A stretch of 64,000 nucleotides of DNA from Octopus vulgaris (GCA_951406725.2 OX597821.1:31434001-31498000), one strand, 5' to 3'. Positions 26,311 through 38,499 are shown, counted from the stretch's first letter. Notes: a model not told the origin generated them from the letters alone. A program made the numbers and translations.

Positions 26311-26729
26311 CTTAGCCCGACTTAATGAAATACTTAGCCCGTCTTAAAGTTGTAGGTTAAAATGCTGCCGAATTTTAAAATCATGGTATGGGATAATATA
26401 CTAAGGTGACTCTATGATTCACATATCTACTAAACTTGGTCAGGGAATAAGCATTGATGATCTAGCTGTTTCTATAATAAGGAGACATTAAATTAACAGA
26501 CGGTAACTAAATCAAATAGTAAGCCCGCTTAAAGGGTTCATTCATTTGAGAGTAGCAAACAGTCCGATAGAGAAATATTACTATTACAAGAAACATAAAG
26601 ACCAAATTGTCCGTGCAACAAGAAAACGTATAGAAATATGTAAAACAGGGTACAAAACTAACTGGGAAAGAAACAACTACAAAATATGAATAGAACGCAC
26701 AACTATATTCTTTATTACGAGAGGAAAAA

Positions 26730-26930
26730 ACTAGTTTTGGTACAAGGAGACCAATTTCGGGGCAAGGGAAAAGTCGATTACATTCACCCCAGTATTCAAC
26801 TGATACTTAATTTACCGACCTCGAAACGATGAAAGGTGAAGTCAACCTCGGCGAAATTAGAAGTTAGAGCACGAAGACGAACGAAGTGCCGCTAAGAATT
26901 TTGCCACGTCTGCTTATACTTCTGCCAGCT
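26730..26930 (-). mobile_element. SINE family C, diverged
   Basis: AGTCGATTACAT..ACCCCAGT...GATGAAAGG..AAGTCAACCTCGGCG...TTCTGCCAGC. Confidence 0.8.
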
Positions 26931-27018
26931 TTTAAAACGGAAGGCAAAATATTGAAAACAGCATCTACAGTGACAGTTACTCCCCAAGAGAAAACGAACT
27001 GCAGGTATTCTGAATATA

Positions 27019-27251
27019 TATTTCTTTACAACCTACAAGGGGCTAAACACAGAGGGGACAAACAAGGACAGCCAAACGTATTAAGTCGATTACATCCACC
27101 CAAGTGTGTTACTGGTACTTAATCTATCGACCCCGAAAGGATGAAAGACAAAATCGACCTCGACGGAATTTGAACTCAGAGCGTAAGGGAGAACGAAATA
27201 TGGCTACGCAATTCGCCTGACGTGCTAACGATTCTGCCAGGTCACCGCCTT
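27019..27251 (-). mobile_element. SINE family C with 15-bp TSD
   Basis: GGTATTCTGAATATA at 27004-27018 and 27252-27266; the minus-strand head is AAGGCGGTGACCTGGCAGAATCGTTAGCACG. Confidence 0.92.
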
Positions 27252-28579
27252 GGTATTCTGAATATAATTTAACCTAGATATATATCTTTCTATACATTTT
27301 CGACTTCAATCGAAAGAAAGTTCAATTCCTTCCATATCCATTGCTCGAAACAATGAATAGTGTGACAATACACGAAGCTTATTAAAAGAAATACCATATA
27401 TTAGAGAATGAAGTAACTGCGTAAAGGTGACACCATATATTTGTGTTAAAAATTTCCCAATTTATTTTTCCGATTAATTCCATTCTTCTTTCGTATTGCT
27501 ACATAAATACTCCTTCTTCTTTAAATTTTTTATCAATACAACATACACTACCCCCAACATGCTATTAACATATATTCACAGTATCTAAAATATTACTTTG
27601 ATTACATATAATTGAAGATAGACAAAGAAAATTTATTCATATAGATTTTTTCCTGTATATGTCCTACATAATTATCAGTGGAGGATGCACAAACTATAAT
27701 TATGTATTCTCCATATTGTATGTAAATTTATATATATATATATATAGATAGATAGATAGATAGATAGCGAGAGAGAGATAGAGGGAGGGGTGCTAGAATG
27801 TTAGAAACATAGATTGATTTAATGGTTTTAGCGTAGTATACAGTCTATTTAATTAGAAGTTAGTATATGCGGGTTTTTTTTATTGTTATACATACAAGCC
27901 AGATATATCCACCGGATAAGATATAGTTGTCTATTTGATACTGTAAGTTTGTAACATATTTTTAATCGGAAAAACCATCCACTGTCTTCAATTGAGACAT
28001 TCATAATAGTAGATTCATAATCGGTGTTACTCTGGAAAATTATTAAAGGACGTACGTCATTTATTATATTTCCAAACAGGATTATATTATTCCTACTTCC
28101 TCTCTCTCAGTTCATTACAATGTTCTGTATGCAAACAAAGACTCTAGTTTACTCCATTGTTCAATATTTTGTATAACATATTTCGACATATTATGTTTTA
28201 CAGTATATAGCAAGGCAATAGCCTGTGTTTCACTTATATATGGCATGTATTTGTAATATCAGACCGCAGACTTTTAAATAGAATATAGGAAGCAGCGGAC
28301 TGTTATATAACTATACACTGGATAAATAAATTAAATGAGATTGTTGACTGCTTTCAATATACAGTTAGTGCATCTATGTTTTTTTTTTCTTTTCTGAGTT
28401 GTCTCGCTAAATCATGTAACATTTAATTCAGAAAATCACAGTTATAATATATTAGAGGGGCAGCTGCCATGTCTATACGTATTAGATTTTCTTCAACAAT
28501 ACAGAGTCAGTCAGATAACTCCCAAGTTTCTAGTTTCTTTTATGCATTTAGCTTTATCGTGTTCATTATTTCGTAAGTC

Positions 28580-28745
28580 TAAGGCGGAGAGCTGGCAGTG
28601 AAAGTTAACATGTCGGGGAAATTGCTTAGCGACATTTCGACCGCCCTGATTTTCTGAGTTCAAATTTTGGGATCTCACCCTTCCGGGCTCGATAAACTAA
28701 GCACCGGTTTCACACTGGGGTTGAAGTACTCGACTTCCTCCTCCT
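28580..28745 (+). mobile_element. SINE family C, diverged
   Basis: AAGGCGGAGAGCTGGCAG...TTCTGAGTTCAAATT...CACTGGGG. Confidence 0.75.
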
Positions 28746-29589
28746 CACAATAGGAAATATTTTGTAATATTATTTCGTTTTCCGTCGACTAACGTTGTAC
28801 TGTTTTCCAAATTTCAAAATAATGTTACTTATTCAATATAGAATACACGCGCGTTATATTAATTTTTACTTGCAGAATCGTTACCGACCGGGATAAATGA
28901 TTTGGACAGCGTCCGTGTTTACGAACTGAACTCAAATTTTGCTGAGGTCAACTTAAAATAAGTACCAGCTGAGCACTGGTGCAGATATAAAAACTTTAAA
29001 TATTCGATAAAAATCCATTTATACTCCATGTCATTGGCGAGCAAATTAGTGATGATGATGAAGAAGAAGAAGAAGAAGAAGAAGAAGATGATGATGATTT
29101 CGACGTTTAGGCCTTCAAGTTGTTTTGGCCTTTCCTTTGGATGACATCCGTGGCGTGAAGAGGGCAGTCTCATATGCATGGATGACTGTTGATCTTCCAT
29201 AAATATCCTTGCCATGACTTGTGTCTGTGCGGGGAACTTTATACGTGAACTCATCGTCATTCTTGACCGAAGGGCATCTCTACATATGTTACGAACGAAA
29301 CACTTATACTGGAACTGGTCACACCACAGTAAACAACCAATGACATGAAAGGACTAAAAAAGAGAGAACTCAAAAACATCGGAGCACAACAGATAAACAC
29401 CATCAATGTGGGCAAAACAGATATGCGGTGCAGAAGCAAAATTAGAGACTTTTACCTGCAATTAAAATGCTGGCATGGTGTCGATGGTTCAAACTGCTAT
29501 TTCCTCTCTCTCTTTCTCCCTATTTCTCTCAATCTCTTTCTCTCTCCCAAGCTTTTTGTGCCTCGTCAGGGTATGTGTACTATTTCACA

Positions 29590-29935
29590 ACATTACACCT
29601 ACATCTAATGAAGAGGCTTGTTTCTCCGACTTGGGCCGTCGACCTTCCAACTGGACGCTGCTCCTGGCCAGTTTCATGCTGTTGGTCATTTTGCAAGTAT
29701 CTGCTGACGTGTTGTGGACTTGTTTAACTTTCGAAGTGGTCCCCGACATTTTAACATCTCTCCGGCCGAGCTCTCGGGCCTTCGAGGACTCCGACGCCGA
29801 AAATACAACTTCATAAAACCGGCTGACAAGGCTGGGACCGTTGTGGTGTGGTGCGTAGTCCTCTATAATGCTGAAGCTGTCCGCCAACCTCAAGACACAT
29901 CCTACTATTGTCCTCTATCCTTCAACCCCACACCT
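29590..29935 (+). mobile_element. Penelope-like element (PLE) ORF fragment, N-terminal part of the RT
   Basis: NISPAELSGLRGLRRR..FIKPADKAGTVVVW...Y.AEAVRQ..DTSYYCPLSFNPT matches the PLE IKxADKGxxVV signature. Confidence 0.8.
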
Positions 29936-30792
29936 AACACGATGCATTTAAATGAAGATAAGTTTGATTTCATCCAGTGTAGGAAGGAAGAAATTATGAA
30001 ATTACCATATGCTCTTCCCTCAGGCGACTCCCTAGTGTCATCCAACAATAGCAGCGATCTTGGAGTGATTGTTGATAAAAATCTAAGCTGGAATTCCCAC
30101 GTAAGCAGCAAGGTTCTCTTGGCCCGCAAGATGTGCTCCAGGATTCTGAGAACTTTCTGGTCTAGAGATGCCTACACAATCATCATTTTCTACTCTACTT
30201 TTGCCCGACCCCACCTTGTGAATTGTTAGCCACTATGTTCCCCCTCCCATACAAAACAACTCATTATGAAACCAGAAGCACTTCAGAGGTCCATAAGAAG
30301 AAAGATAGACAACATGAGAGACTTTGTTTATTGGGGTCAATTAAAGAAAATTCAACCTCTACTCTCTCCAACGCCACCGGAAGCGCTACGTCATTTGTAT
30401 TACGCGGAAAATATTCCAACAATATTGCACAAATTATGTTGGCATCAATTTTAAAATCGATCCAAGAGTTGGACCCCGTGCTATCCGCCCACCACAAAAA
30501 TTGAACTCGGTACACAGAGCAACATTACGTCACATTTACTTTACCTCAACCGGTCCAGCTCACTCTAATACCATAGAAAATAGGTCAAAACGGATGTCAT
30601 AAAAGTCAAATGCTTTCTGGACAAATTCCTTTAAAAAATAACTGTATATGACTCCAACAGTAATACCTCATTATTGTAGTGGGCTATGTTATCACATGTA
30701 TGACTAAAGGACTTCACCAGGTGGTGCTATTAAGTTAGACATGATCTAGGCCTCTACTGACCCAGACTTATCAAAATTATCAAAGTTAAAGT
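29936..30792 (+). mobile_element. CR1-clade LINE, 5'-truncated 3' fragment
   Basis: MHLNEDKF...DLGVIVDKNLSWNSHV...ILRTF..RD...FARPHL..C. Its 3' UTR (CCAGGTGGTGCTATTAAG...TTATCAAA) is shared with the 53890-53960 copy. Confidence 0.85.
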
Positions 30793-30860
30793 TATTTATA
30801 TATACATATATAAATCTATATATATACATGTATCTAAAAAAATAAATAATAATAAGTATG

Positions 30861-30906
<46 letters not shown>

Positions 30907-30929
30907 CGTGTATATAAATAAATAAATAA

Positions 30930-30979
<50 letters not shown>

Positions 30980-30980
30980 T

Positions 30981-31140
30981 TTTGGTTTGCAAGATTCTTT
31001 ATGTAAGTTTATGTACTAAATCCTATTCTGTCGTGTCTGGGGAGAGTCATTCATTTTTGGTGCGTTATAAATTAACACCCACGCCTGTAAAGTTTCCACT
31101 TATTTCGTTTTTAGTTTTCAAAAATTATCATTGCATACGA
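30981..31140. repeat. Unclassified short element abutting a (TA)n tract
   Basis: A non-simple block between microsatellites with no second copy in the window. Confidence 0.3.
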
Positions 31141-31542
31141 GCATTATATCTCTCTATATTTTTTTATATATATTTTTACATATTTTTATATATATATTTA
31201 AATATTTTTAATGCTTTATATATTTTTGCATATTTAGACGTGCATATGATCATATTTGCGCGTGTATGGGTATATATGCGTGTGTGTGTGTATGTGCATG
31301 TGTGTGCCGGTATATATATGCGAGTGTGAGTGAGCATATGCATGTAGGCACATGGACGTGGGTGTGCGTCCGAGCATGTGTATGCATGTACATCTGCGCA
31401 TACGCGAATTCTATGAGCGTTTTTTAGATTTTACTTTCTCCCCTTCGGATTTTTTCCCTTCATTTAACGGTTATTCTCATAGCTCTGTCGTTTGTCTTAA
31501 TAGTAACATCTTAATAGTAATTTGTCATAACATTTTTGATCG

Positions 31543-31610
31543 TCTTAGTAACTGACGAGAGGCCAGATCAAATTTTTGGCCCGGCATCCGAAACTCTGAG
31601 TTTTATTACG
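31543..31610 (+). ncRNA. Type-I hammerhead ribozyme-like motif (degenerate stem II)
   Basis: TAGTAA-CTGACGA (31552)-G...C-GAAAC (31590)-TCTGA-GTT^-TTATTA. Stem I is 6 bp with one G-U; the inner hairpin is GGCCAGA/TTTGGCC. Confidence 0.6.
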
Positions 31611-31629
31611 GCAACCGAATAATTGTCAC

Positions 31630-31692
<63 letters not shown>

Positions 31693-32789
31693 GTGTGTAT
31701 GTAACCCCGTGGTATATAAATTAATGCTTACACCTTAGTGGGATATATATATGATTGCTTCATTTCCGGCTTACAATATATATTTTCCAGTAGAATCATA
31801 GCGTACCAATATTCCCTAATGATATATTTTACAAATTTTTATGACATGCTTGGAAGTTAATTGCAACATATATTTCATTATTTACATGTTTTTAAATTTA
31901 GAACTTACAGGAAGCACTCTCCAGAATAATGATTGACTTATATAATTGATATTAGTTACAGAAAAAATATATAGTGTTGGGATACAAAATCTTAAGATTT
32001 GATTATTAATACAATTTTTAGCATAACTTTCATATCATATCCTTATCATCCAAGGACAACTATATTTACAATGATAAATGTTGATCTAAATTGAAAAGCA
32101 TCAATCAATATAATGTAGAATAAATTTCAACAATATTTGAAAAATATGTTTGGAAATTTCCTCAAAATGGAATCACAATTTCTATTTTTCTATTATATTC
32201 AACATAATTATTTCTATCAGATATTTAAAACAGAAAAGACAAACAAATAAAATGCAAATGCGATTTGCTTTATTTGAAAGGAAAATGACTCATATATCAT
32301 GTCTTATTTGCCAAAAATAAATAAATGCTGGTTTCCTTGCAGTCAATAACTACCGTTCTGTTTTGCGAATTGAAAATGAATGTATCGCATTGTTTCTTTT
32401 TCTGAATGATTAGAAAATATTTTCTTTTCAATCGATAAATATTTTGTTTCCGGATTTTCGAAGGCTAGTGTCTTTAGATAGATATCATTATCGGTACAAC
32501 TTCCTTGCCGGCGGCGAGAACGAAGGGAGTGTTTATCTTCAGGTAGATAAAATATGGCGCATACGGCCTGATTCTCAATACATGCAAATAGAACTGCATT
32601 CAGACACGCACAAACAGGTGCTTGTATGTGCGTTCATGCAAAATACAAACATGCCTACACAAACAAGGGTATATATACCTCCATTTATACCTTCATATAC
32701 ACTCACACACACATATACGTATTTATGTATGTATATATATATATACATATATACATATATATATATACATGCGTAGGGGTACACAAGGA

Positions 32790-32833
<44 letters not shown>

Positions 32834-32913
32834 TATATATATATACATATATATATACATATAGATAGATAGATAGATAGATACAAATAGATACATACAT
32901 ATACATACTTCTT

Positions 32914-32993
<80 letters not shown>

Positions 32994-33000
32994 TGGTTAC

Positions 33001-33043
33001 CGCCCGTTGACAAGGGACAAATATTCCGAAACTAGTCCGAGCG
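33001..33043 (+). ncRNA. Minimal type-I hammerhead-like motif, U3-A8 core variant
   Basis: CGCCCG-TTGACAA-GGGA caaata TTCC-GAAAC-TA-GTC^-CGAGCG. Stem I is 5/6, stem II is 4 bp, stem III is the palindrome ACTAGT, and the triplet is GUC. Confidence 0.65.
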
Positions 33044-33544
33044 TATCACTCAGGCCTGCGAGGAAGGGATGGCTTCCCTTTGCAAATACTTCAAGGGCAC
33101 TGATATTGTGTCTAAAGCCAGCTAGAGACGACTATCTCTTGGGGCTATAAAGCTACTGTAACACCCCCTCCCCTATGTGGTTAGCCATGATAAGATGGCT
33201 GCTATACTTTATATATATATCCAGGAAGTTTTTAGTATAGAGAAAAAAAAGTGGCACTTAAATTATTAGAACTTATTCCCCGAGGGACCAATTCCATATG
33301 GTGAAGAGTGGCTATGAGAGGAATGTAGGTGAGCAGGTACAGGCAATTATGCGATAAACAAATTAAATGTGGCAGTTGGGGCTGGATATACAAAACATAT
33401 ATATATGTATACATCAAAACAGAAAGAACGAAAATACTAAAGATCTACAATCTTTGCGTGTACACATACACACACGCGCGCGCACACACAAACATATATG
33501 GCAAATGAAAGACGGTAGTTGGAATATACGAGAATTTATTATTA

Positions 33545-33610
33545 ATCCCTACAATTGTTTCGACATATCTAGCACCGATCCGGCGGTGTAGATATATCTC
33601 ATCGGGTGAT
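33545..33610 (-). ncRNA. Type-I hammerhead-like motif with long stem II
   Basis: Minus strand: ATCAC-CCGATGA-GATATATCTACACCG ccggat CGGTGCTAGATATGTC-GAAAC-AATT-GTA^-GGGAT. Stem II is 15 bp, stem III is the palindrome ACAATTGT, and U4 is changed to C. Confidence 0.7.
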
Positions 33611-34120
33611 GAAGAAACACAACTCGCTAAAATAACGGTAAAGCTGTATGGCGCGAATACACTCGCTCATACAAGTATACGCACACGTGAGGTTTTGTGC
33701 ACTCATGATCACAAAGCGAGTTAACTATCTAATTGGTGTTTGAAAGAATGGAGAGGTCAAAAATAAACTTAAATCATTCATACATGAAAGTAAATTATAT
33801 TATGTTAACTGTTACTCAAAATACATGCCCACTGAATTGTCTGAAAGTACATTTTTCACTGGAACGGAAGTCCCTGGCATTTCATTTTTATCACCATAGT
33901 TAGTATTTTGCAAGCGTCTTCTTCCACATGATGTTCTTTATCGTTGTTTACTATATGTCGTAGATCACAGTAAATTTTTATTTTAATAATTGCTATCATT
34001 CAAAGTGTGTTTCAAAAATTTCGGGACATTTTCTGCAGCACACAAACTGTATTTTCTTACTTCTAAACACGCTCGTATAAACATAACCACCGTACACACA
34101 TTTATGTATGGTGAATTTCA

Positions 34121-34190
34121 AACATGTTTCGTGGTCTGCTACCACAAGAGCTCCTTTATAGGACCCAGTTAGCTCCAGACATCATCAGGA
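34121..34190 (-). ncRNA. Degenerate hammerhead-like motif
   Basis: Minus strand CTGATGA...GTGGT agcag ACCAC-GAAAC-AT-GTT with palindromic ACATGT. Stem I is poor and stem II is branched. Confidence 0.35.
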
Positions 34191-34344
34191 GGAACAACCT
34201 CCGGTTTCGGCCCCTACTCCTCTACCGTTTTGACATGGAGGGGCTCCGTCTTTCGGAGATGTCTTCAGCAGACCTAATATAGTTTGGTAATAAATTATAT
34301 CTTTATATATTATATGCATATGCAGACCAGAAACACAGACAAAG

Positions 34345-34395
<51 letters not shown>

Positions 34396-35487
34396 TATAC
34401 CATTTTTGGTATCCATATACATAGTACCATAAATTAAAATCTTAATATCTTAATTGCATATTTTAAATCTTGTTTTTTTTTTATGCTGAATTACAACTCA
34501 GGAATAACCGATGAATAATATGGTCAAATGTATTCCCCGTTTGAAAATGAAGCCATTATCCGAAGCACAGTGACATATGCCCGCATTAAGAAGCGTACCA
34601 TTCCAATATTTTTTTTAAAGATTTAGTGTGATATATAGAATAATTAGGTTGGAATTCCTACGAGGTTCCTCACTTATTTTCCTTGAGAGTAAAATTGAAG
34701 ACATTGAAAAAATATGTGCGTGTGACTATTTCGTTTGTGTTTTTGTAACTGAATATCTTACTGTGGGCTTGTTCGTGTTGGTAAATGTCTAAGTTTACAT
34801 ATTGTTAGTGAACAGTTATAGAAGTTAAATTTGAGAAGATTCATTTCCCATTAGGGATTATTTAGTGCCGGTCAACTGTAATTTTACGTACAATTCTTCA
34901 CTGATCTAAAGTACGTAGTCACAAACCTGCAAATTGCACGAAGTTGTGTATGTTGACATGATTGTATATATACCGTTAGATGCTATGTAGCATTTTTCTA
35001 AAGCGAGGGTGTTTGTTAATCGAGTGTGATTCGTGTCCATTGATTGCTGACATTTTTCTTTTGATAAAGGATTTTTTGATTATTGAAAATCATTGGGTTT
35101 TTATTTACCAAGAAACTGAAGTAAACTGCCTAAGAAGTATGCTTTCCTTTCTATACACGAAGATCTCAGTGAATAAGTGTTTTTGTTGGTTTTTGGTTGG
35201 TTTCTTTTTGCGAAACATTTTTGGCTAGTATTCTCTTCGGTGTTAGTTAATGTTTGCACGTAAGTGTTGATTTATCTTAATTCTGACACTGAAATTTTTC
35301 CTATATAGGCTGACGGTATTTTCCCTAGAAAAATATGTTCAGTGGGGTATATTATGCTTTAGAATTGATATTTTTGACGAGTGCTGTTATGTGTTGGTGT
35401 CTACCGTTGAATGAAAGAAACAGAAAAAAATATCAAAAGGAAATCTGTCGTTATGAGAAAGTGTCAATATATATCCGCATGTGTTTC

Positions 35488-35543
<56 letters not shown>

Positions 35544-35670
35544 GTATATATTTGTCGTTACCTATCATAAATAGCCTTTTTTTATTTGCAAAGTGCATTT
35601 TCGTTGATTTTTCATGTTTTACCCTTATATTTCCACGTGTATTTTATATTTTCTTTTTATAACATATTTC

Positions 35671-35734
<64 letters not shown>

Positions 35735-36338
35735 ATGTGTGTGTGTCCGTATATATGTTTGCGTATATGAGTGAGTGAGATCGTGTATATGTGTGTGCTA
35801 CATAAACTCCCCAAAGAAAACACCATTAATTATTATCCTAGCTTCCAAACGTTAACCACGAAGTCAATCATGCAATATCAATCTATTTAATCATCGTAAA
35901 CCATGGTCTCAAAAAACATGCTAAATCCTACTAAAAGAAAGGAGAATTCAGAAGACTCGAGGGTATAATTGATTCGCAAATAAACATGTCAACATGTCAA
36001 ACATACATTTCCAACTGCAGGTACCCAATGTATGTTACTAGTGTTTCCACATCTGAGCATTATCATTCAGTCTGGCGTCGTCAACAGTGGTATACGCATG
36101 AACGCTGCCTGGGCATCAGCAGACGAGATGCAGTAGGGTATCATTAGCGTAACAAACCCCATACATGAACACCTGGTTAGTATCATGAATAAAAGCATCC
36201 AATATAATTTTTACATTATTAATGGTTTGAGAATATACAAGTGAAAAAGAAAATGCGCATGAATATACATGTACATGTGTACATGTATATGTGTATTTGT
36301 GTGTGTGCACGTGCGTGTGTATGTATATGTGTATATAA

Positions 36339-36407
<69 letters not shown>

Positions 36408-36726
36408 GTATATCTACACATATATGTGTGTGTATGTGTTTGCGTGTGTATGTATGTATATGTGAGTGTGCGGGACAGAAATCCACTGTGCTATGAAAGA
36501 TATTTTCGTTTCATATACCATATCTTTCTGTGTGGGTACGATTTATCAGCTTCCTTCATCAAATCTACAGTTCACTGCATACGGGGGATCGTTAATCGTA
36601 AATTTGAACGATACAAAAATAAAATGTCGAATCAGTTAAAGTCTTGGTCAAGCTGAAATTATTTAGATGTTAACCGGGAAACGGTGATTGAAATATAACT
36701 GTGCACAATTATATTTAACACTTTCG

Positions 36727-37160
36727 GGATCTTCTCGGTTTGAACGGCAGTTTTTTTCTAGCGGTGTCATATGAAATTGTCACCCATAATTATGACCCTA
36801 GAATCGATCTATTGCATTTCAATTTCTTTTAGGGTTAGGGTTAGTTAGGGTTAGGGTTAGGGGTGGGGGAAGTGTATCTTTTTTTCTTCACAAATGTAAA
36901 TAAACCCAATCTGTTTCTTAAATGAGGGAAACATATTCATATGGCACAGAAGGTTGTTTACCTCAATAGACGTAAGTGATTGGTTGAAATTGCAGAAATT
37001 GAAGAAAAAAACAACAAATATCTTACAAACTATAGAATTTTCTCAATAAAGCCAAGAGAAAAAGATGTTTTATAAACACTTTTTACCAGTATACGAAGTA
37101 AAATTTTTTTTAATTACCTAGAAATTATGTTAAAAACTGCCATTCAAACCGAAAAGATCC
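36727..37160. mobile_element. Second copy (opposite orientation) of the TTAGGG-bearing MITE
   Basis: TIRs GGATCTTCTCGGTTTGAACGGCAG / CTGCCATTCAAACCGAAAAGATCC, with a perfect 8-bp TSD CACTTTCG at 36719-36726 and 37161-37168. Confidence 0.95.
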
Positions 37161-37909
37161 CACTTTCGTACGAGGACAGACTTTTGTAGCCGCGATTTTC
37201 CCGGGGGAAGGATACTCCCCTTCGCGGACATGTTTATGAGAGATTGTGCAAATGCTGCTAATAATTAATCATGCAATATCGTCCTTGTTAGATTTACCTG
37301 TAGTAAAAATTCTCTCTAAATACTGTTGACAAATCGGTAAAAAAAAACGAAACCGCGACACAGCCTAAGAAACTGCTAACGAGATTGCTACTGTTGCCGT
37401 CCAAGAAATATAAATTTAATACGAAGAAGAAATTCATTGAAAGTGCGTGTGTACACATGTGACTGTATGTGTTAACGCACCGGTAAGTCGGTGATTGTCC
37501 TCATATATCATATTCAGTATTTCCGGAAAAGATAAAGGAGGATTAAGTTGACAAGTGTTAATGCCAGGCTATAATTTGTTTTCACTGACGGTCCTCTCTC
37601 ATTAACTGGCGGTATAGTAACTGCTTGCATGTAAATAAAACATATCACGTATCTCCCGTTCTATATACAGAAACTTTTGCGATGTAACGAAATAGATAAG
37701 ATCTTATCATGCTGTTCAAACCATGCTTTCAAATGCAAAATCAATATATGAAGCGAATGAAATATGATTGTTATATAAACAATAATCCTAGATGATTATT
37801 ATTAATAATCAGTAAATGCAGAGCGCCGGCAGAAATGTTAGCACACCGGGCGAAATGATTAGTGATATTTCAACTGCCTTTCTGAGTTCAAATTCAAAAA
37901 TTTGAAATA

Positions 37910-38495
37910 ATTATTATTCCATGGTCTTATTTTTATCATGTGCTTTCACTGCACTGCAGAGCGCAGAAGCGTGTGTCTTGAGTCTGTAGTTTAGTTTGTT
38001 GTGATGCTCTTATTTTTAGTGTATTGAAAGTGTTTTACGCAGGATGTGTGCGAGGCCTAGTGTTATTCCTGGTGTTTTTGTTATGTATTTGTCTGAATAT
38101 TTTTAATCACACCTAATGCGCCCACTATGCTAGGAATTGTTCCAGTTTTGTGATTCCACATTCGAGTTACATTTATTTCCAGATCTTTGTATTTTAAAAG
38201 AATTCTCCGCTTCTTTTAAAGAACCATTATCATCTGTTGGTACTGATACATCGGGCTTAGAAAGCAACTATATCCGCCCTATTTGCCTTGATTTCTGTAA
38301 GTGTATTGGGTCCTCATTTTCTGTGCATGTTCTGGGGTGTGCTTATATTACATTTTTACTGTTGTTATTCCATAATGATGGCATATATTCCAATGTATAT
38401 GGGTCGTGTCTTTGAATATATTCCTGGGCAGCCAGAAACAATACGATCTGTTACTTTTTCTCCATCACTACATATCCGACAGTTACTTGTATTTC
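37910..38495 (-). mobile_element. R4/Dong-type non-LTR retrotransposon 3' end (zinc knuckle plus restriction-like endonuclease), degenerate
   Basis: My minus-strand translation gives CRICSDGE...IVSGCP, KANRADI, DVSVPTD, KYKDLEI.VTRMW...IP.IVGALG and AHILRKTL. It ends in a short (TAA)-like tail. Confidence 0.85.
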
Positions 38496-38499
38496 TCTT

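Noticed and set aside
26410-26520. Possible piggyBac transposase remnant (GQGISIDD...)
   Set aside because: A single weak motif with no TTAA-bounded TIRs and no further collinear motifs.
36829-36868. TTAGGG repeats as a telomere or chromosome-fusion scar
   Set aside because: Only a few units, internal to a TIR/TSD-bounded MITE that occurs twice.
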